Assembly: GCA_016182485.1 (NCBI GenBank)
Contig: JACPGH010000007.1
Span: forward strand, 27,656 to 91,655
Reading direction: 5' to 3'
DNA from: Candidatus Kaiserbacteria bacterium
Lineage (GTDB): Bacteria > Patescibacteriota > Minisyncoccia > Phycocordibacterales > Phycocordibacteraceae
DNA length: 64,000 bases
A program made the translations under genes and the position numbers. Positions 44,937-56,554 of the stretch are shown here, piece by piece; position 1 is the stretch's first letter, and every line of letters begins with the position of its first letter. Under the pieces are notes generated by a model. That model had not been told where the DNA came from, did no database searches, and saw only the letters and a program-made list of their open reading frames with translations.

Positions 44937-47168
44937 TTACTGGGCTTGTATCTGCGCGATCGCGGAGTTCGCCGCGGCCGCCGCCTCCGGGAAACGGTCG
45001 GCGGCGGCGCGCAGCGTACGAATAGCTGCGGACGAATTGCCTGATTGGTACTCCGCTGAAGCGAGCGCGAACCAAGCCTGCGGCGGGGCCCCCGGCTTCT
45101 CTGTGCGCTGCGCGAGCATCGAAATAAGACGCGGCCAGTTTTTGGTACGTAAATACGCGATCGCGAGGATGTCGCTGTCCACTTCGGTAGTCCCGAAGTA
45201 AGACACGAGGATCGCGTCGGCCGCCGCCTGGTCGCCCGCCGCGAAATGGCCGAGAGCGGCATAAATCGCGAGATCGGAGAATTGGGGGCCGAGCTCATAC
45301 GCTTTCAGGAAATCCGCCTGAGCGGCTTTCGTCTCGCCGAGATCCAGCTCGAGCGCGCCCTTCTCGACATAAAAGCCTTCTTTCCTAGGGGAGAGCGCGA
45401 CGGCCGCTTCCATCTCCTCTAAGGCGCGCGCGCCGTCGCCGGCCGCGCGATACGCATAGGAGAGTTGCAGGCGTCCGCGCGCATCCCGCGGATACGCGGC
45501 AACCTGTTTCTGCATTTCTGCGATGGCGAGAGTTACCATCCGCTGCTTTAGTTCTTGCGGGGCAGCCGGATTCTGCGCGATCGCTCCGGCGGCTGTTACC
45601 ATCTGCTCGCGGATCTCTTGCGCCGCGAAGGAAGGATTTTTCGCGAGCTCCTCGAAAACAGAGATATTCTTCGCAAGATCGTTCGACGGCGTGAGGGCAG
45701 TGATGAGCTTGCCGGCTGTCTGCATGCCGGAGATATTTACGGTCCAAATGACGACGAGCGCTCCGACTGCCGCGACCGGAAGCGCGTAAGTGGCCGCGTC
45801 GCTTTCGGAAAGTACCGGCGCCCGCTCGACCCATCGCATCGGCCGCGCCGCGCCCTCCGAAGCCTTGTGCGAAGGAAGGGCCACTTTCGAATCTATGTAG
45901 GCGAGTATCGCGAAGAAGTAAACGTACGAATACAGATTGTCGAAGACGAACATATTGTGCACCGCATAGCCGACGAGCGCGGCCGTAAGCGCGATGCGCT
46001 CGCCTGCGGAAAGCTGCGGGCCATGCCTGCTCGCCTCGCTCGCAGGCCGCCACAAGTACCAGAACGCGAGGCCGAAAAGGGATACATATAATAGGAATGC
46101 CGGGACCCCTCCGGCAGTCAGCCAGTCAATGAATGCGCTGTGCGCGCGGTCGAACCACGGCTCCTGGGTATGCAAGGAAGGGTCGTAATGAGCGTTGAAT
46201 ATATAATTAAATCCCTCCTGCCCCCAGCCGGAAACCGGACGCTCGCCTACCCCTGCCAAGGCCATCTTCCAGATGGTGAATCGGGTCTGCCCGTCCGAAA
46301 GCGAGATCGAGGCGATGCGCTGAAGCGTATGATTACTCCGTACAAAGGAGGTATCGCGCGCCGCGTAGAACGCGGCCGAGGCGAAAATAATGAGCGCGAG
46401 CGCGAGGGCTGCTACAAGGCGGGCGCGCCGGTGCGCGAGCTTCCATGCGGCCAGAAGCGCGGCAAGGACGAGCGCTGCCGCGAGAGCAAGTACCGTACCG
46501 CGAGTTTCCGTAAAGAAAAGGAGAACGCCCTCAAGCAGCGCGAGCCCGCCAAGCGAGTAGCGCAGCCACGGCCGACGCTCTGAAAACGCGAGCGAGAGCG
46601 CTATGAAAATATTGAACAAGAGATAGATCGCGAGGTATGCGGAATTGCCGAACGAAGCGTCGATCCGGGTCGCGCCCTGATGGATAGCGAGCCTGCCCGC
46701 TATCTGAAGGAGCGCGTACGCAGAGACGATGAGCGAGACGGCGAGCGACGAAAGAAACCATGCGCGCCACTTCTTCTCGGCGCCGAGGACGGCGCTCGCG
46801 GCACCGAAGAAGCCCAAGAGATGCACCAGGAGAATCCAGCCTTCCATCCGCTCGAAATTGCTCCAGAACGCCTTGGCGGCATTCGGCGCGAATGCATCCG
46901 CCACGGACATCCAAGCCACGAAAACAAGGACCGCGACGCCGAGCCACGAGAACCGCGGGCGATATGCCTTATCGACAAGCATGAGCACCGCCCAGGCGGC
47001 GACGGCGATCTCCGTTACGATGCGAAAATAAAACGCCTTGCCCGTGATGAACGGGAAGAAGAAGGAGTCGACGACAATGAGCGGCGTGAGCGGTACCAGA
47101 AAAAGAGCCCCGAGCGCTACATATCTGGCTATTTGTCGAGCATCCATAATGGCGCAACTATAGCACAT
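44937..47168 (-). CDS. O-antigen ligase/polymerase-like (Wzy_C) multi-TM protein with C-terminal TPR domain
   Basis: ~12 TM helices, a Wzy_C-like loop, then TPR-like repeats. The start could instead be the internal Met at 47147. Confidence 0.6.
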   Translation of the reverse strand: MCYSCAIMDARQIARYVALGALFLVPLTPLIVVDSFFFPFITGKAFYFRIVTEIAVAAWAVLMLVDKAYRPRFSWLGVAVLVFVAWMSVADAFAPNAAKAFWSNFERMEGWILLVHLLGFFGAASAVLGAEKKWRAWFLSSLAVSLIVSAYALLQIAGRLAIHQGATRIDASFGNSAYLAIYLLFNIFIALSLAFSERRPWLRYSLGGLALLEGVLLFFTETRGTVLALAAALVLAALLAAWKLAHRRARLVAALALALIIFASAAFYAARDTSFVRSNHTLQRIASISLSDGQTRFTIWKMALAGVGERPVSGWGQEGFNYIFNAHYDPSLHTQEPWFDRAHSAFIDWLTAGGVPAFLLYVSLFGLAFWYLWRPASEASRHGPQLSAGERIALTAALVGYAVHNMFVFDNLYSYVYFFAILAYIDSKVALPSHKASEGAARPMRWVERAPVLSESDAATYALPVAAVGALVVIWTVNISGMQTAGKLITALTPSNDLAKNISVFEELAKNPSFAAQEIREQMVTAAGAIAQNPAAPQELKQRMVTLAIAEMQKQVAAYPRDARGRLQLSYAYRAAGDGARALEEMEAAVALSPRKEGFYVEKGALELDLGETKAAQADFLKAYELGPQFSDLAIYAALGHFAAGDQAAADAILVSYFGTTEVDSDILAIAYLRTKNWPRLISMLAQRTEKPGAPPQAWFALASAEYQSGNSSAAIRTLRAAADRFPEAAAAANSAIAQIQAQ

Positions 47169-47191
47169 CGTGTAAGGTATCCTTATATTGT

Positions 47192-48289
47192 ATGGCGGCT
47201 AAGGCCTTCATCACTGGAATAACAGGCCAGGACGGTTCGTATCTGGCCGAGCTCCTGCTTGAAAAAGGCTACGAGGTTCACGGACTCATCCGGCGGGCGA
47301 GCAATTTCAACACGCAGCGCATAGACCATATATATGAAGATTCCCATTCTCGAAGCGGGAAGCTCTTTCTCCATTTCGGGGATCTCTCCGACGGAAGCAA
47401 TTTGAACCGCCTCTTGAGCAAGATCGGGCCGGACGAGATATATCATCTCGGCGCCCAGAGCCATGTGCGGGTAAGCTTCGACATGCCGGAATTCACCGCC
47501 GACGTTACCGGCCTCGGCACGCTCCGCCTGCTCGATGCCATGCGGGAGGCGGGACTCTCGAAGACCCGGTTCTATCAGGCGTCTTCGAGCGAGATGTTCG
47601 GAAAAGCAACCGAGATCCCGCTCAAAGAAACCAGCCCTTTCCATCCGCGCTCGCCATATGGGTGCGCAAAAGTGTTCGCGTATTGGATCACCAAGAATTA
47701 CCGCGAATCTTACGGCTTGTTCGCGGCGAACGGCATCCTCTTCAATCACGAGAGCGAGCGGCGCGGCGAAACGTTCGTGACCAGAAAAATTACGAAAGGT
47801 CTTTCCCGCATCGCGCTCGGACTGCTAGAGAAGATTTATCTGGGTAATCTCGATGCCGAGCGCGACTGGGGCCATGCGAAAGACTACGCGGAAGGCATGT
47901 GGCGCATTCTCCAGCACACGGAACCGGACGATTTCATTCTGGCTACGAACGAGTCCCACAGCGTCCGCGAATTCGTCATGGAAGCCGGCAAAGCGCTCGG
48001 CATGAATATTGCCTGGAGCGGCAAGGGTCTCTCCGAGCGCGGCATAAATATGGATACCGGCAAGACGATCATCGAGATAGATCCCCGTTATTTCAGACCG
48101 GCGGAGGTGGATATTTTGCGCGGCGATTATGCCAAAGCTCGGAAAAAACTGGGGTGGAAACCGAAGACCTCGTTCCGAGATTTGGTGCGGTTGATGATCG
48201 AAGCCGATTTCGGGAAGGAGCGGCTGCTGACACACGCGCCTGTGTTGAACGCAGTGGGCCTTAAGAAATCTCATGGGGCGAAACGCTAA
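47192..48289 (+). CDS. gmd: GDP-mannose 4,6-dehydratase
   Basis: [25 protein letters not shown]…, YxxxK, conserved Gmd C-terminus. Confidence 0.9.
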   Translation: MAAKAFITGITGQDGSYLAELLLEKGYEVHGLIRRASNFNTQRIDHIYEDSHSRSGKLFLHFGDLSDGSNLNRLLSKIGPDEIYHLGAQSHVRVSFDMPEFTADVTGLGTLRLLDAMREAGLSKTRFYQASSSEMFGKATEIPLKETSPFHPRSPYGCAKVFAYWITKNYRESYGLFAANGILFNHESERRGETFVTRKITKGLSRIALGLLEKIYLGNLDAERDWGHAKDYAEGMWRILQHTEPDDFILATNESHSVREFVMEAGKALGMNIAWSGKGLSERGINMDTGKTIIEIDPRYFRPAEVDILRGDYAKARKKLGWKPKTSFRDLVRLMIEADFGKERLLTHAPVLNAVGLKKSHGAKR

Positions 48290-49199
48290 AATCTACGTGG
48301 CCGGACACCGAGGGCTCGTCGGCTCGGCGCTCGTCCGCGCGCTAACGCGCGCCGGATATAAACGGATAATCACGCGCACGCACGCGGAGCTCGAGCTGCT
48401 TGACCAAGCGGCCGTTCTTAAATTTTTCGAGAAAGAACGGCCGGAGTACGTTTTCCTCGCCGCGGCGAAGGTGGGCGGCATAATGGCGAACAAGACTTTC
48501 CCCGCCGATTTCATAAGGTCTAACCTCGCGGTGCAGATGCACGCGATCCACGCGGCGCATACGCATGGCGTGAAAAAATTCCTTTTTCTCGGCAGTTCCT
48601 GCATCTATCCAAAACTCGCTCCGCAGCCAATTCCGGAAAGCGCGCTGCTCACGAGCGAGCTTGAAGAAACGAATATGCCCTACGCAATAGCGAAGATAGC
48701 CGGCATCGTAATGTGCCAAAGCTATAATCGCCAGCACGGCACCAATTACATCTCGGTCATGCCGACGAATCTGTACGGCCCGAATGACAATTACGATCTC
48801 GAAACTTCGCATGTCCTCCCAGCCCTCCTGCGCCGTTTCCACGAAGCCAAAGAAGCGCGCGCACCGTCCGTCACGCTATGGGGAACGGGAAGCGCCAAGC
48901 GCGAATTCCTGCACGTCGACGATCTCGCGGACGCCTGCTTATTCCTCATGCACCGGCATGACGGGAGCGAGATAATCAACATCGGCTCAGGCGAAGAAGT
49001 CTCTATCAAAGAGCTCGCCGAAACGATCAGCGAAGTCGTGGGGTACGCGGGCGAGATCCGCTGGGATAGCGAGAAGCCAGACGGCACGCCGCGGAAGCTT
49101 CTCGATGTTTCGAAACTCCACGCGCTCGGCTGGCGCCACTCGATACCGCTTATCGAGGGCCTGCGGCGCACCTACGAGACTTTCAGGCGGGAAGTCTAG
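48273..49199 (+). CDS. fcl: GDP-L-fucose synthase (GDP-4-keto-6-deoxymannose 3,5-epimerase/4-reductase)
   Basis: [11 protein letters not shown]…, [19 protein letters not shown] motifs. Overlaps gmd by 17 nt. Confidence 0.85.
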   Translation: MGRNAKIYVAGHRGLVGSALVRALTRAGYKRIITRTHAELELLDQAAVLKFFEKERPEYVFLAAAKVGGIMANKTFPADFIRSNLAVQMHAIHAAHTHGVKKFLFLGSSCIYPKLAPQPIPESALLTSELEETNMPYAIAKIAGIVMCQSYNRQHGTNYISVMPTNLYGPNDNYDLETSHVLPALLRRFHEAKEARAPSVTLWGTGSAKREFLHVDDLADACLFLMHRHDGSEIINIGSGEEVSIKELAETISEVVGYAGEIRWDSEKPDGTPRKLLDVSKLHALGWRHSIPLIEGLRRTYETFRREV

Positions 49200-49207
49200 T
49201 CATATAC

Positions 49208-50476
49208 ATGCAGGCGGTTAAAAACACGCTAGTAAAGATCCTGCGCGCAAGCGAGCGCTACACCCATCTCGACATGGTGTATGTGGCTCATGGTAGTTTT
49301 TGGGTCCTGTTCGGACAGGTTGCCTCGAACTTACTCTCCCTCGTCCTTGTCATCGCGTTCGCGAACTTGCTTCCTAAAGAGACGTACGGCTTGTACCAGT
49401 ACATCCTGTCGCTTGCCGGCATCCTGAACATTTTCACGCTCACCGGCATGAATACGGCCGTCGCGCGCGCGGTAGCGGCCGGCGAGGAGGGCGCGTTCCG
49501 TACCTCGGTAAGCTACCAGCTAAAGTGGAATCTACTTCAATTCCTGGCGTTCTTAGGGCTCGGCGCGTATTACTTTTACAACGGCAATACGGCGATCGCT
49601 CTCTCGTTCCTGATTTTCAGCCTCGCCTCGCCGCTCTCGCAGGCCTTCAACACTTACAGCGCATATCTCTACGGTAAGAAAGAGATCCGGCTATCGAATA
49701 TTCTCGGCGTCCTTACGACCGCGGCTTACGTGCTCGGCATGCTGGCCGTCATCCTTATCGGCGGCGAGATCATATGGATGGTGGCCGCCTATGCGCTCAT
49801 CACGCTCATGGCGAACTTGGCATTCTATATATATACGCTGCGAGCCTTCGCCCCCTCTCGCGGGACAGACGCCCGGGAGACTTTGCGGTACGGACGGGAA
49901 CTCACCTTTATAAGCATTCTCGATCCTATCGTATCGCAGATAGATAAGATCATACTCACTCACTATTGGGGTAGCGCCCAGCTCGCCATGTATTCGCTCG
50001 CCACGGCGGCGCCCAGCCGGGCGACTACCCTTATAAAAAGCTGGGTCGGCCTCGCGCTCCCGAAATTTGCAGCCAAATCACCGGCAGAACTGAACTCAGT
50101 CTTTTACACCCGGATCTTCCAGGGACTCCTCCTCGGCGCGCTCTGCACCGCCGGATATTTTGTTCTCGCTCCGTACCTGTTCACGTTTCTTCTGCCAAAA
50201 TATCTGGATGCTTTGCAGTATTCGCAGATACTCTCGATAAGTTTCATCGTTGCGATACCGAACCGCTACATCAGCCAACTTTTGGCTTCCCAGAAATTAT
50301 CGAAGGTCATTTTCTCCAATAATTTAGTCCAGGTTACCATACGGATCGCCTCCTATGTAGGGTTCGGCATCTGGGGCGGCCTCATGGGCCTAGTGCTCGC
50401 ACAGGTGCTCAATTCATTCATTGGTCTCGCTGCCAATATAATCGTGTGGCGCAGCTGGAGCAGCAGAATCAACTGA
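49208..50476 (+). CDS. Polysaccharide flippase (Wzx-like, MOP superfamily)
   Basis: ~12 predicted TM helices. Position in the glycan locus. Confidence 0.6.
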   Translation: MQAVKNTLVKILRASERYTHLDMVYVAHGSFWVLFGQVASNLLSLVLVIAFANLLPKETYGLYQYILSLAGILNIFTLTGMNTAVARAVAAGEEGAFRTSVSYQLKWNLLQFLAFLGLGAYYFYNGNTAIALSFLIFSLASPLSQAFNTYSAYLYGKKEIRLSNILGVLTTAAYVLGMLAVILIGGEIIWMVAAYALITLMANLAFYIYTLRAFAPSRGTDARETLRYGRELTFISILDPIVSQIDKIILTHYWGSAQLAMYSLATAAPSRATTLIKSWVGLALPKFAAKSPAELNSVFYTRIFQGLLLGALCTAGYFVLAPYLFTFLLPKYLDALQYSQILSISFIVAIPNRYISQLLASQKLSKVIFSNNLVQVTIRIASYVGFGIWGGLMGLVLAQVLNSFIGLAANIIVWRSWSSRIN

Positions 50477-52202
50477 CCGAGCGGGACTCTCCTCGGATCA
50501 CCGCTTCTGCCTGGTCTACCATCCAGGCGCTGCCATTCTTCGCAGGATCACCGAAGAATCGCTCCTGTAGATCCTTAAGCTCGTCGAGCGATGCCTCTCT
50601 GCCCTGCTTGATGCGCGCAATAAGCTCGCTTGGGTCCTCTGCAAAATATTTTCCGCTTTTATACTCTCGCATAGCGAAATAATCGCCCCATTTTGATGAG
50701 TTGAAGAATACCAACGGCTTAAACTGAAGCAGCGCCTCAAGTACTGCGGTGCTGTATGAACCGACGACTACGTCGCATTCGGCAATATCCTCTTGTATGC
50801 GTCTGCCGCGGAAAATTAGATTTGCCGCGCCGAGTTCCTCCAATATCCGCGGATCATTTTTCTTCAGCCAGTCTTCGAACTGGTCCCGATACGGCCTGAA
50901 CGTGAGATAGAATGATATGCTTGGATCTTTGCGCAGTGCGTCGATATATCTCATAACTTCCTGCGGAACCGACAGCTCTCCCGGCACAAACAGTACTTTG
51001 ATCGGTCCATCCCTGCGCGGAGCAACCGCAGGCAGGACGCTCATCGGACGCATCGGGCCGGATACGACGATTTGCTCTGGCGCGTACGCCTTTCCATTCG
51101 CTATATAGTAATCGCGCCACCATTTGGACCACACGCCATAGATATCGAGCGCAAGCCGCTTCTTCCCGCGATATTCCGGCAAGAAGTCGTACACGTTGTA
51201 ATACTTCGACGCTGCGCCGTGCAGTATCCCGATCGTCGGCACATCCGCCGTGCGGCATCCGAGAACCTCATGGAATGTCCGGCTCGACGCTGCCGGGATG
51301 ATAGCGGCGCGGATGCCGATGCTGCGGACAAGCAACCGCATGGCGCGAATGGACCAGGCATGGGCGCGTTCATTCCGCGTATAGTGCAGAGCTAGCGCGA
51401 GCCTGAAGTCGTACTCGGCATTCCCTGTTTTTTTAGGAGTCTGCAGTGTAGAGACCCTGGAATCCGCGAGCCAGGCGATGAGCACCTTAAGCGCGTACGA
51501 ATAAATCACCGGACGCCTGCGCTTCATGGCATGCGCAAGCATTACCCGCCCCGGCTCCAAGCTTCTGATGAATTCCGCGAATGGTATTTTCTTTGCGCGC
51601 AATTCATCGTATATGAATCGCATGCGAAAGCTATGATCGCGCGGCGGATCAAAAAGGTCGCCCGTATATACTAGAAGCCACGGACGTTTGATCATGAGGA
51701 TCGGCCATGACAGCAGTGTGATGAGCGCTTGGATCCAGACGCCAAGCGCCGGCACCGAACGAGGGCCCTCTTCTATGGCATAAGAGATGCCGTGCGCTTC
51801 CAGGAACGATCGGAATAACGCGGTCGCCGGAGGAACATGGAGCGTGACATGCCCGAACGTACGAAGACGGTCAAGCAGGCGCCGATATTGCGTATACGGC
51901 ACGCACTGCCGATAAAAAAGCTCGTCATAGGAGAGCCACCACAGCTCATAGCCCTCATTGGCGACCGCTTCTGAAACGCGCCGGCCATCGGGGAGTTCTA
52001 CCGTCGCTAGCTCGTGCAAAAAAGCCGTGGCTTCTTCTATGCTGCCCGGGTCCGTGAAATCCTCGAGCGGCTCGAACGCGAGTCCGCGATCGGCTGCAGC
52101 TTGGGCGAACGCGCCCGGCCCTATTAGCGTCGTAAATTGCATCCACCACTTCTGCGAGCGATCCGGCAGCTTGGGAGTGAAGAGAACCAGGGCGCGGTTC
52201 AT
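50469..52202 (-). CDS. Putative GT-B-fold polysaccharide biosynthesis transferase (TagB/TagF glycerophosphotransferase- or KpsC/KpsS-like)
   Basis: C-terminal Rossmann-like segment …VVVGSYSTAVLEALLQFKPLVFF…. Start set at MNRALV; the family assignment is tentative. Confidence 0.35.
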   Translation of the reverse strand: MNRALVLFTPKLPDRSQKWWMQFTTLIGPGAFAQAAADRGLAFEPLEDFTDPGSIEEATAFLHELATVELPDGRRVSEAVANEGYELWWLSYDELFYRQCVPYTQYRRLLDRLRTFGHVTLHVPPATALFRSFLEAHGISYAIEEGPRSVPALGVWIQALITLLSWPILMIKRPWLLVYTGDLFDPPRDHSFRMRFIYDELRAKKIPFAEFIRSLEPGRVMLAHAMKRRRPVIYSYALKVLIAWLADSRVSTLQTPKKTGNAEYDFRLALALHYTRNERAHAWSIRAMRLLVRSIGIRAAIIPAASSRTFHEVLGCRTADVPTIGILHGAASKYYNVYDFLPEYRGKKRLALDIYGVWSKWWRDYYIANGKAYAPEQIVVSGPMRPMSVLPAVAPRRDGPIKVLFVPGELSVPQEVMRYIDALRKDPSISFYLTFRPYRDQFEDWLKKNDPRILEELGAANLIFRGRRIQEDIAECDVVVGSYSTAVLEALLQFKPLVFFNSSKWGDYFAMREYKSGKYFAEDPSELIARIKQGREASLDELKDLQERFFGDPAKNGSAWMVDQAEAVIRGESRSVS

Positions 52203-52278
52203 AGGAGCTCTACGAGATGTTCCGATAGTAGCACAAAAGAAAGCGGCCCGACACGCGAGCGTGTCGGGCCGCAGCCCG

Positions 52279-52803
52279 CTAGAACTTCCGGTCTCCGAAG
52301 AGACCAAGGTCGAAGGCCACCCCACTCGTCGTGTCGGGCTTGACCTCGGCCCCAGGCCCGTCAGCCGCCGGCGTCTCCTTCGGGAGGTACTCGATCCCGT
52401 AGAGGGTGACGACCGTGTCGTTGTCGAACTTCTTCCCGGGCGACATCTCCGTCTCGAGGTAGCGCCTCACTTCTGGCACCGTATGCGGGACTGCAGAGCG
52501 GCTGCAGAACCACAGATCGGTGTCTCTCAGATCGCCGAGCCTGCCGATCTTCTTCATGACGATCCGGATGGTGGTCCCGTCGTCCGGCTCGAAGCCGAGC
52601 CGACCGCCCCGCCCGGCCTCCTCGTCGAGGTAGTACACCGGCACCGGCGCGAACTGCTCGAGGTACTGCTTCGGCGCCTTCTCACGGCTCGACCGGTCGC
52701 CGAGCCGGATGACGACACCGAGCGTTTCCGCCTTGAGCATTTCTGCCTCGACGAGCTTCGCCCAAATACTGGGCTCTCCGTACACATGGTTGTTGGTTCG
52801 CAA
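52279..52803 (-). CDS. Hypothetical protein (174 aa) in a locally higher-GC segment
   Basis: ORF with coding-like codon use and no recognisable motif. Confidence 0.3.
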   Translation of the reverse strand: MRTNNHVYGEPSIWAKLVEAEMLKAETLGVVIRLGDRSSREKAPKQYLEQFAPVPVYYLDEEAGRGGRLGFEPDDGTTIRIVMKKIGRLGDLRDTDLWFCSRSAVPHTVPEVRRYLETEMSPGKKFDNDTVVTLYGIEYLPKETPAADGPGAEVKPDTTSGVAFDLGLFGDRKF

Positions 52804-52907
52804 GTTGTCCTCCCTTTCCGGCGTTTACTAACGCCATGAACGTCTGAATTAATTGTATACCAGAGTGTTGAAAATGTCAATAGCTCGTAAATTGGTCCTG
52901 ATTTGCA

Positions 52908-54767
52908 TTAAGGCTTGAGCAGTATCTTCAACTGCTTGCCCTCGCGCTGCATTTGCCACGCCGTCTCGAATTCCTCGAGCGGCAGTATCGTGTTCGTAAA
53001 TGCGGAGAGGTCCAGATGCGGCAGGAGAGCGAGCGCCTCGTCAAAGGCCCGCTCGTCGCCGCCGACGGAGCCGACGATTACCTTCTCGTTCCCCACGACG
53101 TCCTCAAAGTTGTATGACATTTTCCCGTACGGGAATCCCAAGACGAGCAGTGCGGAGTCAAACCGGCTCTGGGAAAGGGCTTTCTCGAGAACTTCGCGTA
53201 CACCCGTCAATTCCACGATGATATCGAATGACCCGAGGCCCGAGAGTTCCGTGTGCCCCTCCTCTGCGATCCCTTTAAGGAGCGCGAGGCGCTTCTCGTT
53301 ATTATCGAATGCCGTTACGCGGCAGCCGCGATGATGCAGCGCCTGCGCGGCTAGATTGCCGACCGACCCGACCCCGATCACGGCGACGCGAGAACCTGGA
53401 CGCAAATGGGATTCGATGCGGCGCAAAGCCCTCAGAACGACCGCGAGCGGCTCCGCTAGCGCCGCCTCTTTCATGTCGAGACCCTCTGGCACCGGGTGTA
53501 CGGCCCATCCCGGCACGACAATATGCGTCGCGTACGCTCCATTCTGATTGATGACTCCTACTTCCCGGCGATCATTCGGCTCGCGCGAGAGAATACATTC
53601 GCCGACGATCCGTTGCCCTACGCGGAAACGCTCCTGATAACGGTTATTCGGACCTATGCGCAGGATAGTGCCTGAAAACTCGTGTCCCGGGACAATGGGA
53701 TAGGAAGCCAGTCCTGAACGATAGTAGCCAAGTGAGCCCTCAAGAACCTCGAGATCGGTTCTGCAAACGCCGACGTACTCTACCTTGACGAGGATGTCAC
53801 TCGGCTTAAGCTGGGGCAAATCGATCGGCCCGAGTTCAGCATGACCCTGACTGCGAATTGCGACTGCACTCGCCGGAGCTTGAAAGAACATTTGTTCTTT
53901 TTCGGTCTGCAAGTTGAGATTTTTCCCTTGCTTGAAGCCCACGCGACTTCCCTTCCATTGGTAATAGCGGAATCGCAGGATCTCTTCTAACCGCGCACGC
54001 GTCCAATACGGGAAAGACGCGAGAATATCGCCCGCAAGCCGGGCAAGAAACCAGGGCCATGTAAGCCCCGACTGCGGCGGCTCGGTAAGGCCGATACGGA
54101 CGGCCGCGATCGCCTCGCGACGATAGCGATTGAAGACCTGAGGCCAGCGTTCCTCGTGGATGTGATAAATTGCCGCCCGCGGTTCGTACCGGACGCGCTG
54201 GCCGTCAGCGGTGATCTTGCGCGCGAAATCGATATCTTCAAGCCCGAAGAGATACTCATCGAACGGATACTTTTCCCACGCCTCCCGGTGTACGGCGGCA
54301 TTCGCATTGTTCGCATAGGAGAGCGGCGCCTGCGCATTCTCTGGCGTCATGCTGAAGAGCCGGGCGAAATCCCGTTTCTCCGAAAATTTCGACTGCGGCG
54401 CGCCGAGGTGCCGTCCGTAGACCATAGCGACGTTCTCGTGCTCAAATCCCCGTATGAGGTTCTCCAGCCAATTGCGATCGGCCGGCAGTACATGCGCCGA
54501 AACGAATACGAGATACGTGCCGTTCGCCGCTCTGCAGCCGATATTCAGCGCATAACCGAAAGTGAAATCCTGGCTTTTTATCTGAATGATATTTACTGAA
54601 AATGAACGCGCTATCTCAAGCGTCCGATCCGTAGAGCCAGAATCTACGAGAACGATCTCGTAATCCGAATACTCCTGCTCTTTGATCCTCTGTAATAGAT
54701 TGCCGAGATGTTTCTCTTCGTTATACGTTCGGATAACGATGCTTGTCTCCGGCTTACCGCCGGACAT
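52908..54767 (-). CDS. Bifunctional fusion: family-2 glycosyltransferase (N-terminal) + zinc-dependent medium-chain dehydrogenase/reductase (C-terminal)
   Basis: GT2 motifs (SIVIRTYNEE…, DSGSTD, DxD-like LEDID). Zn-ADH motifs (GVCRTDL, GHEFSG, Rossmann GVGSVG). Confidence 0.7.
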   Translation of the reverse strand: MSGGKPETSIVIRTYNEEKHLGNLLQRIKEQEYSDYEIVLVDSGSTDRTLEIARSFSVNIIQIKSQDFTFGYALNIGCRAANGTYLVFVSAHVLPADRNWLENLIRGFEHENVAMVYGRHLGAPQSKFSEKRDFARLFSMTPENAQAPLSYANNANAAVHREAWEKYPFDEYLFGLEDIDFARKITADGQRVRYEPRAAIYHIHEERWPQVFNRYRREAIAAVRIGLTEPPQSGLTWPWFLARLAGDILASFPYWTRARLEEILRFRYYQWKGSRVGFKQGKNLNLQTEKEQMFFQAPASAVAIRSQGHAELGPIDLPQLKPSDILVKVEYVGVCRTDLEVLEGSLGYYRSGLASYPIVPGHEFSGTILRIGPNNRYQERFRVGQRIVGECILSREPNDRREVGVINQNGAYATHIVVPGWAVHPVPEGLDMKEAALAEPLAVVLRALRRIESHLRPGSRVAVIGVGSVGNLAAQALHHRGCRVTAFDNNEKRLALLKGIAEEGHTELSGLGSFDIIVELTGVREVLEKALSQSRFDSALLVLGFPYGKMSYNFEDVVGNEKVIVGSVGGDERAFDEALALLPHLDLSAFTNTILPLEEFETAWQMQREGKQLKILLKP

Positions 54768-55548
54768 AATGCTTCATGAGAGGATCGTCTTTCATAAAGC
54801 GCCTGACTCGCTCGATGTCCGGGGGAGTATCGACGGCATAGGTCTCGAAATCTTCCGGGACCATCTTCACACGATGTCCGTACTCTAGTACACGGTTCAT
54901 ATCGATGGACTCGATCTCCTCAATAACGCCCGGCTGCATGTCCGAGAGCTCAGCCAGGAAATCACGGTTATAGGGGATAATGCACACTTGCTTGTACCGC
55001 GGGATATCGCCGCCTTTCCATTTCTTCTTCGACGGTATCGGTTCGCGCGAGAAATAGAGCGCGTAATTATTCTTATCGACAACTACTTTGGGGCAGTTGA
55101 CGTCCTCATGCTCCTCGTCGCTGCGGATCGGGGCCATGAGATTGATGACCTTGATCTCTGGGTTTTCTAGCATGGGAGCAACGGCCATATCGATCATTTC
55201 AGGTACGACCATAGGCTCATCGCCTTGGACGAGTACGACGATGTCCACTTTCTTGCCAATACGCCGTTCTATCTCGGTCGTCGCGTCGGCGATAGCGTCG
55301 CCGCAGCCGCGATAGGACTCCTTCTGGTCCGGAATCCATTTCGCGCCGATCGAATCCGCGAAACCCTCAAGCTCCTTCCCGGATACCGCCAGATAGACTT
55401 CGTCGAGTACGGGGCTCATCTTCGTGCGGTGATACACATGCCCGAGCATGGGCATGCCATGGATATCCTGCAGGTGCTTGCCGGGGAAGCGCGTCGAACC
55501 CATGCGCGCGGGAATAATCGCTATAACATGCGGCTTTTTCTTGTTCAT
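54754..55548 (-). CDS. Sugar-nucleotide cytidylyltransferase (CMP-Kdo / CMP-N-acylneuraminate synthetase family, CTP_transf_3)
   Basis: VIAIIPARMGSTRFPGKHL…, QGDEP motif. Confidence 0.7.
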   Translation of the reverse strand: MNKKKPHVIAIIPARMGSTRFPGKHLQDIHGMPMLGHVYHRTKMSPVLDEVYLAVSGKELEGFADSIGAKWIPDQKESYRGCGDAIADATTEIERRIGKKVDIVVLVQGDEPMVVPEMIDMAVAPMLENPEIKVINLMAPIRSDEEHEDVNCPKVVVDKNNYALYFSREPIPSKKKWKGGDIPRYKQVCIIPYNRDFLAELSDMQPGVIEEIESIDMNRVLEYGHRVKMVPEDFETYAVDTPPDIERVRRFMKDDPLMKHYVRR

Positions 55549-55632
55549 GATTTTGGGATTATATGATATAACCGGCCGATTTTCAACGAAGTTACTGCAT
55601 CTCCACTCTTGTGCTAGACTTCGATTACAGTA

Positions 55633-56493
55633 ATGAGCCTACGCAAAAAGATATACGCGGTATTTCCACTGGCGCGGAAAGTTACTGCGCTTCGCAATCA
55701 CGCGTGGTACCACCTCGCCGGCCGTAAGCCGTGGGCTCGCGGCTATTTCGAGCACAAATGGGCCACTATCGGGCGTGCCATTCGGAATGAAGCGCTGCTT
55801 GACTTATTCCGGCAGAAGGGTCGTCTGCCAGCCGGATTCGGAAGAGGCATCGACGACCGGGCGATCGAATATCCGTGGCTGCTCTCTCGTCTGCCCATTG
55901 GCCCCTCGCGCCTCTTGGATGCCGGTTCAGTGCTTAACTTCGAGACAATTCTCGATCATCCGAAGTTGGCTGATAAGCAGATAACCATCGCGAATCTCAA
56001 CCCGGAGCCCAACTGCTTTTGGAGGCGCGGCGTCTCATATGTGTTTGAAGACATCAGACAACTGCCTTTCAAGTCCGATATGTTCGATATGGTGACCTGC
56101 ATCTCCACGCTCGAGCATATCGGAATGGATAATACGGAGAAATATACTGCGGATTCCCGATACAAAGAAAACCGGCCGGACGATTACCTGCGCGCGCTCG
56201 AAGAATTGCGCCGCATACTGGTCCCGGGCGGAACGTTGTATCTCTCCGTTCCGTTCGGCGAGCGCAAGCACTTCGGCTTCCTCCAGCAATTCGACTCCTC
56301 GATGCTCCGCGCCATGGTCGCTCTCTTTAGCGAAAGCGAGAGCGTTTTTTACCATTGCGCCGAAGACGGTTGGCAGATAAGCACCGAGGAAGAAGGCGCT
56401 TCTGCAACGTTCACGCCCCCAGAACACGCTCGAAAAGACACATCACTACCTGCGGGCGCCGGCGCGCTCGCCTGCCTGAAACTGATCAAATGA
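55633..56493 (+). CDS. Class I SAM-dependent methyltransferase
   Basis: Motif I LLDAGS, FDMVTCISTLEHI, PGGTLYLS. Confidence 0.6.
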   Translation: MSLRKKIYAVFPLARKVTALRNHAWYHLAGRKPWARGYFEHKWATIGRAIRNEALLDLFRQKGRLPAGFGRGIDDRAIEYPWLLSRLPIGPSRLLDAGSVLNFETILDHPKLADKQITIANLNPEPNCFWRRGVSYVFEDIRQLPFKSDMFDMVTCISTLEHIGMDNTEKYTADSRYKENRPDDYLRALEELRRILVPGGTLYLSVPFGERKHFGFLQQFDSSMLRAMVALFSESESVFYHCAEDGWQISTEEEGASATFTPPEHARKDTSLPAGAGALACLKLIK

Positions 56494-56554
56494 GACCAAT
56501 TACGCTGGCGGCTTACGCCGCCCGCGTACTACGGTCTCATAGGGTATAGAAAAG

